A stretch of 64,000 bases of DNA from Lytechinus pictus (lineage: Eukaryota), in assembly GCF_037042905.1 (NCBI RefSeq), contig NC_087245.1, forward strand, positions 15,626,001-15,690,000. The letters are read 5' to 3'. The position numbers and the translations under genes are program-made. The notes beneath the pieces were generated by a model that did no database searches, was not told the DNA's origin, and saw only the letters and a program-made list of their open reading frames with translations. Each line of letters opens with the position of its first letter. Position 1 is the stretch's first letter. Positions 1-13,700 of the stretch are shown here, piece after piece.

Positions 1-3000
1 CACATCACTTTTCACAAATTGAAAGCATATTACTATTAGATGTTTACAGACTTAACCTTGTTTCATAGTTGTAATGATATCTTCATTACTCACGACAAAT
101 TCATTTATCTTTATTCTTCCGACATGGAACTTTAACAGAAAATCTTTGGCATAACCATGATCGGGAGAAATATACTTTCATGAATAAAAAGAAACAGTGT
201 GATATTACTTTTAAACATGCTGGTGTAGAATATGAAATTTGCTAGTAATCATACAATCATTTCTACTTGGGTTATGACATCGGTTCTTGAATATGGAAGG
301 TAAATACTGTTCACAATCATGAATACACATTAAATCATGGCTGAAAAGCTTCAAAGTAGCCCGGTTCCTTGTGAAAATTAAAGTATGAACCAGAATTACA
401 TAGTTTACTAGTACTTGTTCAGACAATGAGAGTGGGTGTGAGGTAATGTAAATGTAAGGAAAATTTACCAAATGACAAAATCACCCATTGGAAAAATAAG
501 AAAACTGTCCTAAACAATTACAACGTCCCCCTTCAAATGATCAAAACGAAAATCACAGTAATCCCTCAAGGACAACAACTGCAAGGACGATAGCTTATAT
601 ATGATGGAAACAACTTTTTTTAGATTTTCACTGATTACCATTGCTTTACTATATAAATTTTTCGTACATATCACCGAAGGCCACAAACTTTGAGGGTAAG
701 AAAGAACATTGAAAAAAAAAAAAGAATTTACATTTTAGGAAACTTGGGACTCCAAATTACCCCAAGAAAGTAATCCTCATAAGGAAAATTACACCAGGTA
801 TGGTTACCCCCTTCTATGATATCTACCCATCATGCCATATATTTATGACCCACTCACTCACATGGCATTTTTCCTACATATTGAATCATAGCTTGCTCTT
901 TATATCGAGAAAGCTTTCTCAACATGCAATGCATACTAGGTTGTTAAATTTATTTTCATTTGTTTATTTTTGATACAATTCTTTTTTCAATAAAAAAAAA
1001 CTTGATCCCTATGCACTGAAAAAAAGCATTTAGGTAAACTGACATTTGAATGGCAATCAAGTTTGATGAATACATAGTCAGAAAACAAATGAATGTTTGG
1101 ATAAATCACACACTAAAGATTCAAGGTAGAATGAATTGATCAGAAAGTTTGAAACTCAACGTTAAGACACCAAGTAATCAAGGCCCTGTAATATTAACAT
1201 AAAATCTACAATTAACTGTACAATACTAGTAAGCATAGTTGTACATCTATGGCAAACTGTGTACAAAATGTATGTTAATGGGTGCAGATCATACAGACAA
1301 GGGGATAGATAGAGCTACATATGGGGTAATAATAGTTGTGCTTGGTATCATCTGGCAAAAAGTACCCTAGGTATAAGTCCAGCTATCATTACATTCATGA
1401 AGTACTGTATATTGTATGAGAGTATTGTACAACGTAAACTACATAAAACATTCAGTTTTATGACATTCCCCAATTGTATGGCATTATTAGTTCTGATTCT
1501 GGTTCACAGCACTCGGCTCAATTTCCTCAAGGTCTTACAGCAGATGGAATCTCTTTTGTCGAGCCATATTTGAGTTAGCACACCAAAATGAAAAGCCACT
1601 TTTGATCACACTCATAACTGTTTCCCTTCTAATATTCCCATTTCACATTAAACAATCAAATAGGACACTTCTTATTGGTATGCTGCGTTAGGTTGAAAAA
1701 TATTAATTTTGTACTTTGATATGATATTGAAAATAAATAGTCAAATGCGCAATTATGTGAATTACAGAAAAAAATGTACTGACAATATGATATTGCAAAT
1801 GAATACAGTCAAATGCACAATGAGATGAATTACAGAAACTGATCATTACCTACAAATTTATTCAGTTCTAATAATCTGATGCATATAAAGGCCTGAGAAT
1901 GATTGCTTTCTGCAAAAGTACAAAATACAAAATAGCCAGATCAGGTACCATTCATTATATATGATGGATTAATGGATGGATGATTTTTGACTAAAAGCTT
2001 AATTATGTAGCTCAATGAAACTGCACACATTTAGAAATTCAAATGCAATTGAGTCACACTTAACTCTATGTGAAACTGAAGACTTCAAACAAAAGGTTAA
2101 TTGGAAAGGATCTACTCAATCAATCTCAACTATAGAAAACAATTTGTGTCATAATGTGTTCACACAATCACACCATCCCATTATGAACAAAAATGAACAG
2201 GTTAATTGGTAAAAAAAAAAGAACATGTATTAGTTTAAAAAAGAAGAAAACCTTGAATAGACATGATCATTCAATACAATGATCTCTCAGACTTTCCAGT
2301 CAAAATTGATTGGATCAATAACATCTCTTTGTAAGTTGGGATCCAGATAGAATTTACATGTACTTCACAGAAGTAAGGTGTATCTGAACAAAGGCAGAGT
2401 AATCATAGCTACAATTGCTACTTGACTTTATTGTAAGCAACTAGGGCTGTATAATTGGGCTATTGATCATCCCATTCTGTTATACCAAAATAAGGCAATA
2501 AATCCCCAGTAAATAATTATCAAACCATATTCATATTCAGTAATATTTTTTTCTCTAGAAAATGCCAAAAAAGTTTCAAGACCCTTTCCCCTAGGCTTTG
2601 GTAAGTAGGATAATGGGGATGATATCCGAGTTGTATGATGTATTTTTCAAAAGGACTTTTGCAGTTTGAAGTGGTTTTGTGGTCTGACACATTGCAAAAC
2701 CCTCATGTTCTTCAACAATATATCATATTTCATATGCCTGTCAATAATATAGAGTCAGCAAGTCAACCTTCATAAGGTCAAGTAATCACCCGAGTGGAAT
2801 AAATTCTTCAGACCAGAATGTGCCATACGTTATTTACCACTTCTAAGTCAAATTTCACTTGTCTAAGTCAAACAGACTGCTGTGGTTCCAAGAGAATTGA
2901 ATTTGGCAGACTCTCCTGCATATCAAGCAACCAGGTGAACTGTATTACTACTGAAATAGAACTGTTAGAAATATTGCCTCAACAGGTAGCCTGAGCATCT

Positions 3001-3079
3001 AGATAAACAGTGATTTTACAATTACACGTACATGCAAAATGGTTTGATGTCTCAATTAAATATTAAATCAATGCATGTA

Positions 3080-3382
3080 TTATAATAATAATAATGATAA
3101 TAATAACGGTATATTTACCCAGGGTAGCCACTTCAGTTCCAAAAACTGTTCTCCCAGCGGGCCCTGCTATTATTATTACCCGGCTAAGCTAGGCTACCGA
3201 TTCAGGTGCACACAGCTTTTTGAGGAATTATTTCCTGCCGGTACCCATTTACCTCACCTGGGTTGAGTGCAGCACAGTGTGGATAAATTTCTTGCTGAAG
3301 GAAAACACGCCACGGCCAGGATTCGAACCCACGACCCTGTTTGAAAGGCGAGAGTCAGAACCACTAGACCACGACGCGCCCA
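3080..3382 (-). mobile_element. tRNA-derived SINE, near full length
   Basis: Minus-strand head GGGCGCGTCGTGGTCTAGTGG (A box)..GGTTCGAATCC (B box), core CACTCAACCCAGGTGAGGTAAATGGGTACC, and a (TTA)n tail at ~3080-3105. Related copies at ~16290-16553 and ~8776-8975. Confidence 0.85.
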
Positions 3383-4725
3383 CATGTATACAGATGAATC
3401 TTTGATCTCTAAAAATGTTGCACTTAGTGCTTGAAATGGTGGTGAAAATATCGCATCTAGGAAGATAAATAGATTTATTCTTTTGTTACAAAGGCAACTT
3501 GGAATGGAATCAACAATTAGATATGAAACATCAAAAAATTAGTACAATTTCTAAAAGACACACACTTCACAACTATTAGAATAGATGAATGGTTTCAATA
3601 TACTCCATATTTACATAATATCTTACACCATATACATATTACTACCATGATACATCCTTCATAAGTTACTCTTAATTTCTGCTTCATTAGGTATTTCAGA
3701 CAAATATCTCTTTCTGACTTTTCTCAAAGTCTCATTTCAATACAAATTATAAAATCTGCTACTCTCATCATACATGTATCTTGCACCATTTCATTAGTAT
3801 TCTGTACTGTAATATGTGTCTAGCTATGGAGACAATTAATAATTAGGACATAACACAAAGATACAACCTGATTTGTCCATTTTTATATCATTGAAATTAA
3901 TGAATACAATGAGTCAATCCATGGAGTTGGGAACCAAGATATTGGGAGAGGGCAAACCTGGTGCAGTTGTAAAATAAGTGGGTCTGTTTCAAATGTGGAA
4001 TGATTTCAATGCGTGAACAGAGCAGTTGAGCAATTTATAGATTTTTATGTGCTGATCCACTACCAAAGCAGTCTTCTCTGCAGGAGTCACACTACCGCAC
4101 TGCCTTTCATCAAGACCAAGCAACTTTCATGTAATTAATTTATCTTACCCAGCTACCTTACACATCATTGCAATGCAATAAACTCTTAGTAATCATCCTC
4201 AATCAGAACGACATATTCACATGCAAAATCAGCTGCATGTTTTGTATGGATTTATATTTGTGCACTCATTATACCACACACAAAAAAATATGGAAATGCC
4301 TGTTTCTTGAAACATTCCTATTCCCTATTTTAGTGCAGATTTTATATTGTTTTATTAATAGCTGAGATAGAAAATAAAATTCAAGCATGTTTCTGATGGT
4401 ATATCAATTGTCTTGAAACATACAATCATGAGAGTAGTCAAAGGTCTTACACATCACATGCAGATAGGACTTGACAAATTCTTCTACAGATGAACTCAGT
4501 CTGATAGCTCTACACTTGACATAACATCGAGGATGGGATTAAAGCTTACATATGAACCCCCAGACCCAAACATGCCTTGGCTTTTGCTTTATCAACCCTT
4601 TTCTCAAATATTCCTTTGACAAACCTGAAATATACATTTCATCAAAAATAGTACTCTTATGATTCATACACTATACTGACTTGGACTGTGTAGAGAAAGA
4701 TTGTATTGTATCCTGTCCAGATTTG

Positions 4726-7700
4726 CTATGTGAGAATGCTGTCAATGAAATCCAGCAACCTCTTGTCTGATCTGTCCTTGGGAAACTTCTTGGAGAGTGA
4801 TCCCTAAAGAGGCAAGGTAGGGAAAAACACAAGACAATCAACTCATTGGCTACTGAATTCAACTATTCCGAACTTTTTACATTTACTACGGAGAAACTCT
4901 CTACAATGCACCAATTCGTTTGAAAATGCAAGTCAAATCACAATGGAGAGCTGAGAGGCTTTTGTCGAAAGTTGGTGGACCAGGAGAGCAACAGAATCTC
5001 TTGACTCTACCATGGCGCAAACGCCATGAAAATTGGCATGATAATTTTGTGGGATGTTATCTTTTTTTCCGAAATCGTCAAAATTTTTTGTATATGAATT
5101 AATCATGCTAATTTATGCGTAAATCATACTTTTTGCTATAATTCAGTATAAAAACTCATAGAATGCTAATTCTGGGTGTACATATTCTTTATACCAATTA
5201 CAAATGAAAAATCCTGGTTTGAAAATGAATTTCTTATATAATTTATTGTTTTATGAATTTCTTATGTATTTCTATGCTTTTTGAACTTTTGTTTTTCCTT
5301 GTTTTTTTTACTAAATTTATTGCAGAGCCTTTTTAAAGCATAATTATGCTACAATCAATTAATTTCAGCTGGTGAAGGTAAAAATAATAATATCTTTATG
5401 AATAAGATGAGAAAAGTCAATTTACATTGACTTTGTACACAAAATCACGTTTTAGAGCAATTTTGGGTCCGACATGCACTTACATGTACGTAATGTTGCG
5501 TAATTTTCGAACCATATACCCAGGCATCGTAAATTTGGTCTCAAAAGATGGGCAAGACTTCAAAGTAAAAATTCAGCTAGCAGCGCATTCAAAAAATTTA
5601 GCACAGCAGAATGGTTGCCCCCCCCCCCCAGCGGCTTTAGGGTAAAGCTGGGCAGTCACATTCATATACTAACCTTCATTTTGTCCAGAAAGGTGTCTGT
5701 CTCAAACCATGTTTCATTCAAAAGCACCATATCAGAACTGTCCTTATAATATTCCACTAGGTATTTCTGAAAACGGAGGGGTGTTTTGAAAGCAAAATAC
5801 AATACAATTTTACAAAGGAAAAGTAAGAAGTAGGAAATGTCATACCCTTTTGATCAAGCAGCACACCCAAGTCATACAGCAAAGTTTTTTTTTCTACTGC
5901 TGGTCTTATGATTACATTTGGGGGGTTTTAACTATTTGATATGAATAAGCATGCTGGATATGGATATTTCAAAACTCTCTTTTGATAAGTTTAGGATATT
6001 CTTTATGAAGTTAACATTGGATAGAAGATCAAACCTGTACAAAAATAGTAACACTGATACAAAGAGACTACACACTCTATTTTTAAGCTAATCATTAAAT
6101 AGTTGACAGCAAAACAAATACCAAACAACAAAATCAATGATCTGAAAATCTGCCTTCAATATAAAGACATGTGTGTGAGATCATCAGATATTTAACACAT
6201 GATTTCAAGTTATTTTCACTTTATTTTAGAAGCAATTCGAAACTGTCAAATTGTACTTTAACTATGGAAATTGAACCCTAGCCATTAACAATGTTTAAAA
6301 CTTTTTTTAATACATGAATTACAAACAAAAAGGAATTTTGGTGTGTCCATGTCTTTCATAATAGTGGCTACTTATATAGCACACAGGTTCACCTTTCAGT
6401 ACTCATGGCCCTTCAATGAAAGGAATATACAGATGAACAATAACTGAAAGGAAATAGAACAAGAAATTAAATAGAATTAATTTGGATTCTCCTGGACAAT
6501 GTTAGTCTGAAAACTTGTCATAGGTTTATCCAATTCTCACCTCTCCTTTGTTTATTAATTCATCTTGATAAAACAGTTTAAAGTATGTTAGTTCTACCTT
6601 ATATTTTTTTCTACTCACTGACTAAAACTAAAGAACTGTGTTCATTCATTTTGAAGTCTCATAAAAGCTGGACTCAGTATTTAAGCAGCTAATGGGAAAC
6701 ACACAAAAATAGTCAATTTCAAATAAAATGATATACTGAGCACTGCCCTTGGCAATCTTACCATCTCAGCTAATACTTCTTGAGTGAGGAATATATCCTG
6801 TTGTCTTGTGAAAGTCATGTCCATCGGCATACCGTACAGACTGGCTTTCTCCTGGTAGGAATAACAAGTGAGAAAAAGGTTGCTAAATTGTCAATACTGA
6901 ATACCAGATTGAGAAAAGTATATGTCAACACTGCTTGACTTCTTTCCTTGAACTTGACTTCTTTCCTTGAACTTGACTTAAAACTGAATGTAGGTTTCTT
7001 GCAAACGCCCGATAGTAATCCATAAAAACAAGTAAATTTGCCCAAGTACTAAGGCACAGGAACAACATAAATTGTATTTTGACTTTAGAGAAATTTAATA
7101 TATTACAGGAAACCAACACATTTTTGTGATGTGGTTAAAATCAGAAGAGCATACTAATTATTTAACTTAATAATATTGTATGTACAAGAGTTTATAAATT
7201 CAGAAAACATTTTGAAGTGACATAGGCATTATAAATGAGAATTGATGTAACTTCTGAAGGTTTCCATGGTAAAGAAGAAGAGTGTAGTGGGTTTCCCTGT
7301 ACATCATGTATTCCTGGCGACGACAAGATCACTCCTGAAGACGGACAGTCAACCTGTCCGAAACGTCGAGTCTCTCTACTACTCATCATCTCTACTCCCC
7401 GACTCAAGCCAGCATCTCCTCATCAGCTTTACTACTCAAGCTGTTCTCAACTCATCAATCTTTCCTGGTTTACAGTCCTCTTCAGGACTACTTTCAAGAA
7501 AGAATACTCTACTCTCAAATCTCCACTTTCTCGCCCATCCATTTCTTCTCTTCTTCTATCCACTGTTTCTATAACACTCCACATGGTGTACCGTAAACCA
7601 CATCAGCGAAGATCACGCTTGTCTAAACATCAGGTTTGGGTGGTCCTTTCCAAGACCAAAATATGCCCACAAAAGAATACATTGTATGGTGTACCGTGGC

Positions 7701-10700
7701 ATGAGAACTGACACAGTTTTGGCTGAATCAACTGAATCAATGACTTCTGATGGTCCCGCTTAGTGCTTACCTCTTCGGGTGGCATAACCCATACAGCTTT
7801 CAACTGTGAGTCTTTAATGGCCTTGTGTGTGTTATATGGAGCTGTGGCAACAAAACACAGACATGCGACATTAACACTTCTTTAAAAAAAAGTAACATGT
7901 TACTGTATACTACACCCTGGGGGTTCCCTGTACATAGCCTATTTGAATAAATTCATTCAATTATCAATGGCTTAAGGAAGTTCCAATTTTGGTGGACAAC
8001 TAAATTTCCAGGTATGTTCAGTATTAAAAAGCAGGGCCATTCTCATGTTCAACAAGTAAAGTATAAAATAGTAAAGTCTATGTTCACAATTTCTTAATTT
8101 CTCAGCCAGTGACATCCGAAAATAAATAAGTGACTCCAACTCAGCTTTCGATTTTTTTTAGAGAAGTTCAAGTTAGACAATGGGACATGCATAAATAAAA
8201 TAAATAAAACAGTAATTTAGGGATACTTGAAGCATGGGTGTCTTGATATCATCCAGGTCATGGTCTCTGTCTTGAAGGGTAATGTATTGTTTCTAGAAGG
8301 CCAATCAAGAGCTCACTTTTATGATTTAATCTCACTACTTAACTGCCAACTGTAGGTAGTATGGTGGTGATGGTACAAACTTGGTGATGAATATGGTAAC
8401 AAATGTTGAAATCACCATCAAGGAGAGATGAACCTACCACAGATAAAAGCCAGGCAAGGTTGATACGACATCCCATCTCCTTTCAATTTGAGTTGATAGT
8501 TCATCTGACATTCTATATCACTTAGTGACGGGTGGGCGGGGCTACATGGATGACTGTGATACCAACCAACGAGCTGGAGCCCTCTACTGTTCATCGACTG
8601 ACGGATCTCCATCTCAACGCTAGCACCATTCTGCTTCTCACCCAGTCGACAACGGCAAGGGAAAGCCTGCAGAATGGTCATATCTATGAAATCATGAAAA
8701 ATTCAAATTTCCATATGAAAAAAAGAAAGGGAGAAAAAGTGACCCAAGTAAACCACAAATAAATTAATACGAATTGTGGTACAGTGGTTATATACTCTCG
8801 CTTTTTGTCTCAATCAGTGGGTTTCAGGTTCTAATGCAAGCCATGGCATTAAATTCATTCAGTAAGAAATTCATCCGGATTTTCATTCACTCAAAATAGG
8901 TGAAGTAAAAGTACCTGGAAAAGATATTCACTCTTACCATGCTTGTGCACCAGGATGGTGGCTGGGGTAAAATTCGGGTAAAGATATACAAATAATGAAT
9001 GTTTATGAGTGCAATGGACAGAATACTTCATGAGGTGAAAGATGAAAAGATCCATTCAACGAGGCGTAGCCGAGTTGAATGGATCATTATTTCATCTTTC
9101 ACCGAATGAAGTATTCTGTCCATTGCACGAATGAACAAACATTCATTATTTGGTTTACATGACACCTAAAAATCAATTTTTTTTTCATATGAAATTTATG
9201 AATTTTGATGCAAAACATGCTCATGCAGTGCGAGTTCGGTCTGTCGATTGTTACGTATACAACATGCGCACTGCTGGTGCCTGCAGCTGCAGTCTCGTTG
9301 TGTGAGTGCAATGGACAAAATCGTATGGATCCAAAATTGCACGATGAATGGATCCAAAATTGCACGGATGATGACGTCATTGCAAAATGGGCTGAATGAA
9401 CGATATCAAACAACCAATCAAATCACAAAGATCTATCTGGGTGTCATATAAATATTGATAATTATTAGCATATTGAGCACTCTGCAGAGCAGATGCAAGA
9501 GCTTGGTAAATTACTTTATTACTGATTTTGGTGCAAAATCAAGTTTTTATAAACCTGGGTCCATAGCTGTCATCCTCCTAATGCAAGTTCAGAATATAGA
9601 ATACATAGCCCCTTGTTCCGACACCCTTCACGGTTATAAGACTTACGCTGTGTTTCTGGATCCCACTTTCCAGCTAAATAACCTATGACCTCACTAGTGG
9701 TGAGATGACAATGGAAGTCCTGCCAAATAGAGAGACGAAAGAAACAAAATAAACACAACAATGTCACAAACAATATGATGATGTCAAGAGAAAAGGTGAC
9801 AGCATTGAAAGTATTTACAAAACATCTTGTATTAAGATAACTTTGAAATCCTACATATCTGACTCCAAATGCATTTTTATTGCTTAATGAATTGAATTTA
9901 CCTACAGCAACAAAAGACTGTCAATGACTGAAGGTGAATCCTTTTTTATGAATACAAACCCCACATAAAAGGGACATAATTTACCTAACCAAGACGATTT
10001 GTCGGCTCTCATAGGGTTACCAGTTGGACGAAACATATTGGCTTGTATTCTGAAGTCCACTTTAACTCTAGTAGGCCATTGTCTATCTACGTGCTAAAAT
10101 TATGGGAAGCCAAAATATCAAAGTTGCATTTATATTATATTTTCCCCATCTTTACTTGGCTCTTTCCTCATGTTTTGACAATGAGGATAACTATATCAGT
10201 AATTATTCAACTCAGTTATGAATGATTTGAGTGTCAAATGAGCTAACAAACTGAACCTGTACTGTTAGAGATACCTGTCACACAATTGGCTCTCTACAAC
10301 TTTAGACCAGAGTTTAAATCAAACCCTAGTTCAGAATATGGGCCATTGACTCAACTGCAGTTCAAACACAATGAAGCTAATCGCTAGAGATGCTACAACT
10401 CCCCCCAAACCCCCCCCCCCCCAAACAAACAAAAACAAAACAACAACTCGTGGTAACTCCTATCCTAAAATCTTTGGATGAAGAGCTGTTAGGAAATAAC
10501 CCAGGGGCAAATGTAGGACTGCATATGACGTGTAACACAAAAATGACTATAGATCCAAAAATTTGGAACAGCTAATAAAATTTGCAGTTCCATGAATGTG
10601 TGGTTTCACATACTCACTATAAAATAACCCGAGTCACTGGTTGAAATTTAAAATTGATTGCTAGTATTTGAGTTACTGGGCTTATTATCCCCCCCCCCAA

Positions 10701-13700
10701 AAAAAAAAAAAAAAATCTCACAAAATTCCAGTTTTAGAAAAAGAACTTACAACAATAAGAAGACAGTTTGTAGTGATGGAGACTGTAAAAGGCTGGAGCT
10801 TGCCCATTTCTTTGAAAGACAGACATCTGACCAATTTATGTGGATCTCTGAAAAACACAAGATAAAGAAATGACTTGCTGATAATCTTTACAAATTCATT
10901 ACCATTCTCATTTAGAAAATGTATTACATCTATTTTGTTACAGTAAATTTCTGTAAATCAATGTCTTTCCATTTGTGAATATAGTTCATCAGATATTACC
11001 TATTAACAAGATGGGCACACCGTAGCTAAATTCTGCAAAGCACAGAAGATATTTGTGCTCAAATGTGTGTCCTAGGACAGTGCATACCAGTTATAAACAG
11101 ACAAAAATCAATTTCTGATGCTAATATCAATGTTAGGGCTCGGAAGGAAAACACGGCTTGAATCCGAACAGGAAGGTTTAACAAAATTTGTTGTCGGGTT
11201 CTGGAACGGCCTGGATTTTGGGGTCACAGCAAAACACTGCGGCTGCAACTGTTCCTAGCACTAGTGATGCATCACAGTCTGACCTTGCTTGGCGCATGCT
11301 ACAGTAGCTATGCTGCCTTTATCTACCCTTCGATCTGCAGTGCTAGGGCACTTTCGCACTTGGTGATATTAGCAAACTAACTTTACCTCAATTTTTGTCC
11401 CAATTTATTCCCAAGCATCTAATCCATCCTAAACCTGATTTCCAGCCACATCAAGCATAAGGAACGGCTTTATTTTGGCTTTGATCTTAAAGCTAAATTA
11501 CAGTAGTTGCAGTAAAACACTAATTTCGTGAGAAAGTCTGTAAAACCAAGGTTAAGTATGACTATATCATCGTGGATCTAGATCTGGTACAGTTACATAA
11601 ACTGAACTTTGTGAAATCATAAAATCTAAGCTGAAATACGATCACACTGAAGATCGCCAACACAGATAGGCACACGTGGGACAGTGTATTATTATTGCTG
11701 GAATAAAGACCCGACGGAAGTGACCGAATCCACGCTTATTTTGCTTATTTCTCAGCAATTACACAATTTCTTCCAGAATCCTTTGGCACATATTTTTTAT
11801 TCATACAAACAGACACTTGGGTGGTCATTATATTAGATTCTGTAAAAAGTCATTTTGAGATCGTTACCAGAACTGGAATTTACCTTTAACGATATCATCG
11901 TTCAAATTCTCAATCAGACACCCTCACTCCGCTCTGCCGTATACTAGTTTTGATATGGGCTGACACTATCGACTAAAAGTCCTGCCCGCCTGTTCGCATA
12001 AATTCAGTCGCTTACTTCAAATCATATCAAAATTACAGCAAAAGTGAAGTGTGACTGAGAATTCAAACAATGACATTGAGATCAAAGCTAAATTACAGCA
12101 GTATCAGATGCTCGATGTGGCTGAAATCCAGGTTAAGGATTAAGTTTAAAATATTTGGGAATACGTCTGAGCTCAGTTCACACATGGAGGTAAATGGTTC
12201 ACATTATCTTGTTGTTTATTTGTAGTTTTTCTAAGACATGACAGCTTCTGATTTTTGTTGTTTAAGCAACTTGGATCTGCTTGGCCAGGGGGAAATACCC
12301 ACAGTTCACCGGTCTCCAAGTTCCAGCCCAGCCCAGCTCCCAAGATTAGCTAAAATTACAATCTATTTATTTCATTATTGCAGCAAACTTGTTCTAGTTT
12401 TCAATAATAATAATAAAAACAAACATGAAACAGATGCTTGGATTATGACTAACCCCAAAAGTACAGAGTATTTATATAGATGAGTTATTCAATTATATAA
12501 GTAAAGATTAATGCAGAAAATTGGGACATTTATATCAGCACGTTGCCTAGATATGCAATTACTGTTATAGTGCTCTACACTGTATGTATCGTCATGGAGA
12601 CATTTAATTCATGGTCATGAACAAGATAAATAGTATACAAATGGATGATGAATGAGTGTGATACGACTATGTTACAGGTCAAATTGTCACAAAGGCAATA
12701 ACCATATATACTTACTTATTTGCACTTTTCTTTCCTAATGATGAATATGGAATGGCTTTGGTATTAGGAGGGCTGCTGCCAAGTTTCATCCTCTGAAGAT
12801 CTTCAAGAAAAATATGTGAAAGAAAGCACATTATATGAATGATATAATTTCCCATATTTATCTCAAATAATTCATTCAAGTTTTAAGGTAATATTTTTTA
12901 ATGTATAGCAGCCACAAAATACTTGTAAAAGAAACTAAAAATATCAGTGAAAGGGATACTCCAGGCTGAAAATAATTGTATTTAAATAGAGTAAATTTCA
13001 CTGAGCAAAATGCTGATAATTTCATCAAAATCTGATAACAAATAACAAATTTCAAAGTGTAGCAATATTTTGTGAAAATAGTTATATGCACATCGTCATA
13101 AATATTAAAAGGGAATGAAACCTTTGGAAATAGTAGGCTTGTGTCGAAACAGAAAAATCAAAGAATAAGAACAAAGAAAGTTTGAGAAAAATCTGACAAA
13201 TAATAAGAAAGTTATGAGCATTTGAATATTGCAATCACTAATGCTATGGAGATCCTCCCATTGGCAATGCAACAAGGATGTGTGATGTCACATGTGAACA
13301 ACTTTCCCTTTGATGGACTATAAAATACCCCCAAAATGTCTCTTTTTGCTTTTTCTTATGGTGATACAAACTCTTTATCCATGATGTATTCTTTAAAGAT
13401 CTGTATTACGTGCCCTCCTATAGAAAGAATATATGCTCTACTGATAGATGTGAAAAAAGAGGCAGTTTAAGTGAAATATACACTAAAGTAATGGGGAGAG
13501 TTGTTCACAAGTGACATCACACATCTTTGTCGCATTGCCAATATGAGGATCTCCATAGCATTAGTGATCGCAATATTCAAATGCTCATAACTTTCTTATT
13601 ATTTGTCAGATTTTTCTCAAACTTTCGTTGATCTGTTTCTTTGATTTTTCTGTTCTCACACAAGCTATTTTGTTCCAAAGATTTCATTCTCCTTTAATTG

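Noticed and set aside
3310..3382. tRNA-like sequence with A and B boxes
   Set aside because: It continues into a SINE core and (TTA)n tail and has diverged copies in the window; I could not fold a proper cloverleaf.
940..4725. Long MPND 3' UTR ending at minus-strand AATAAA signals near 949-968
   Set aside because: AATAAA is frequent in this AT-rich DNA, so the end cannot be fixed without transcript data.
7235..7711. 158-aa plus-strand ORF antisense within an MPND intron
   Set aside because: No recognisable domain or splice context; best explained as a stop-poor shadow of the purine-rich opposite strand.
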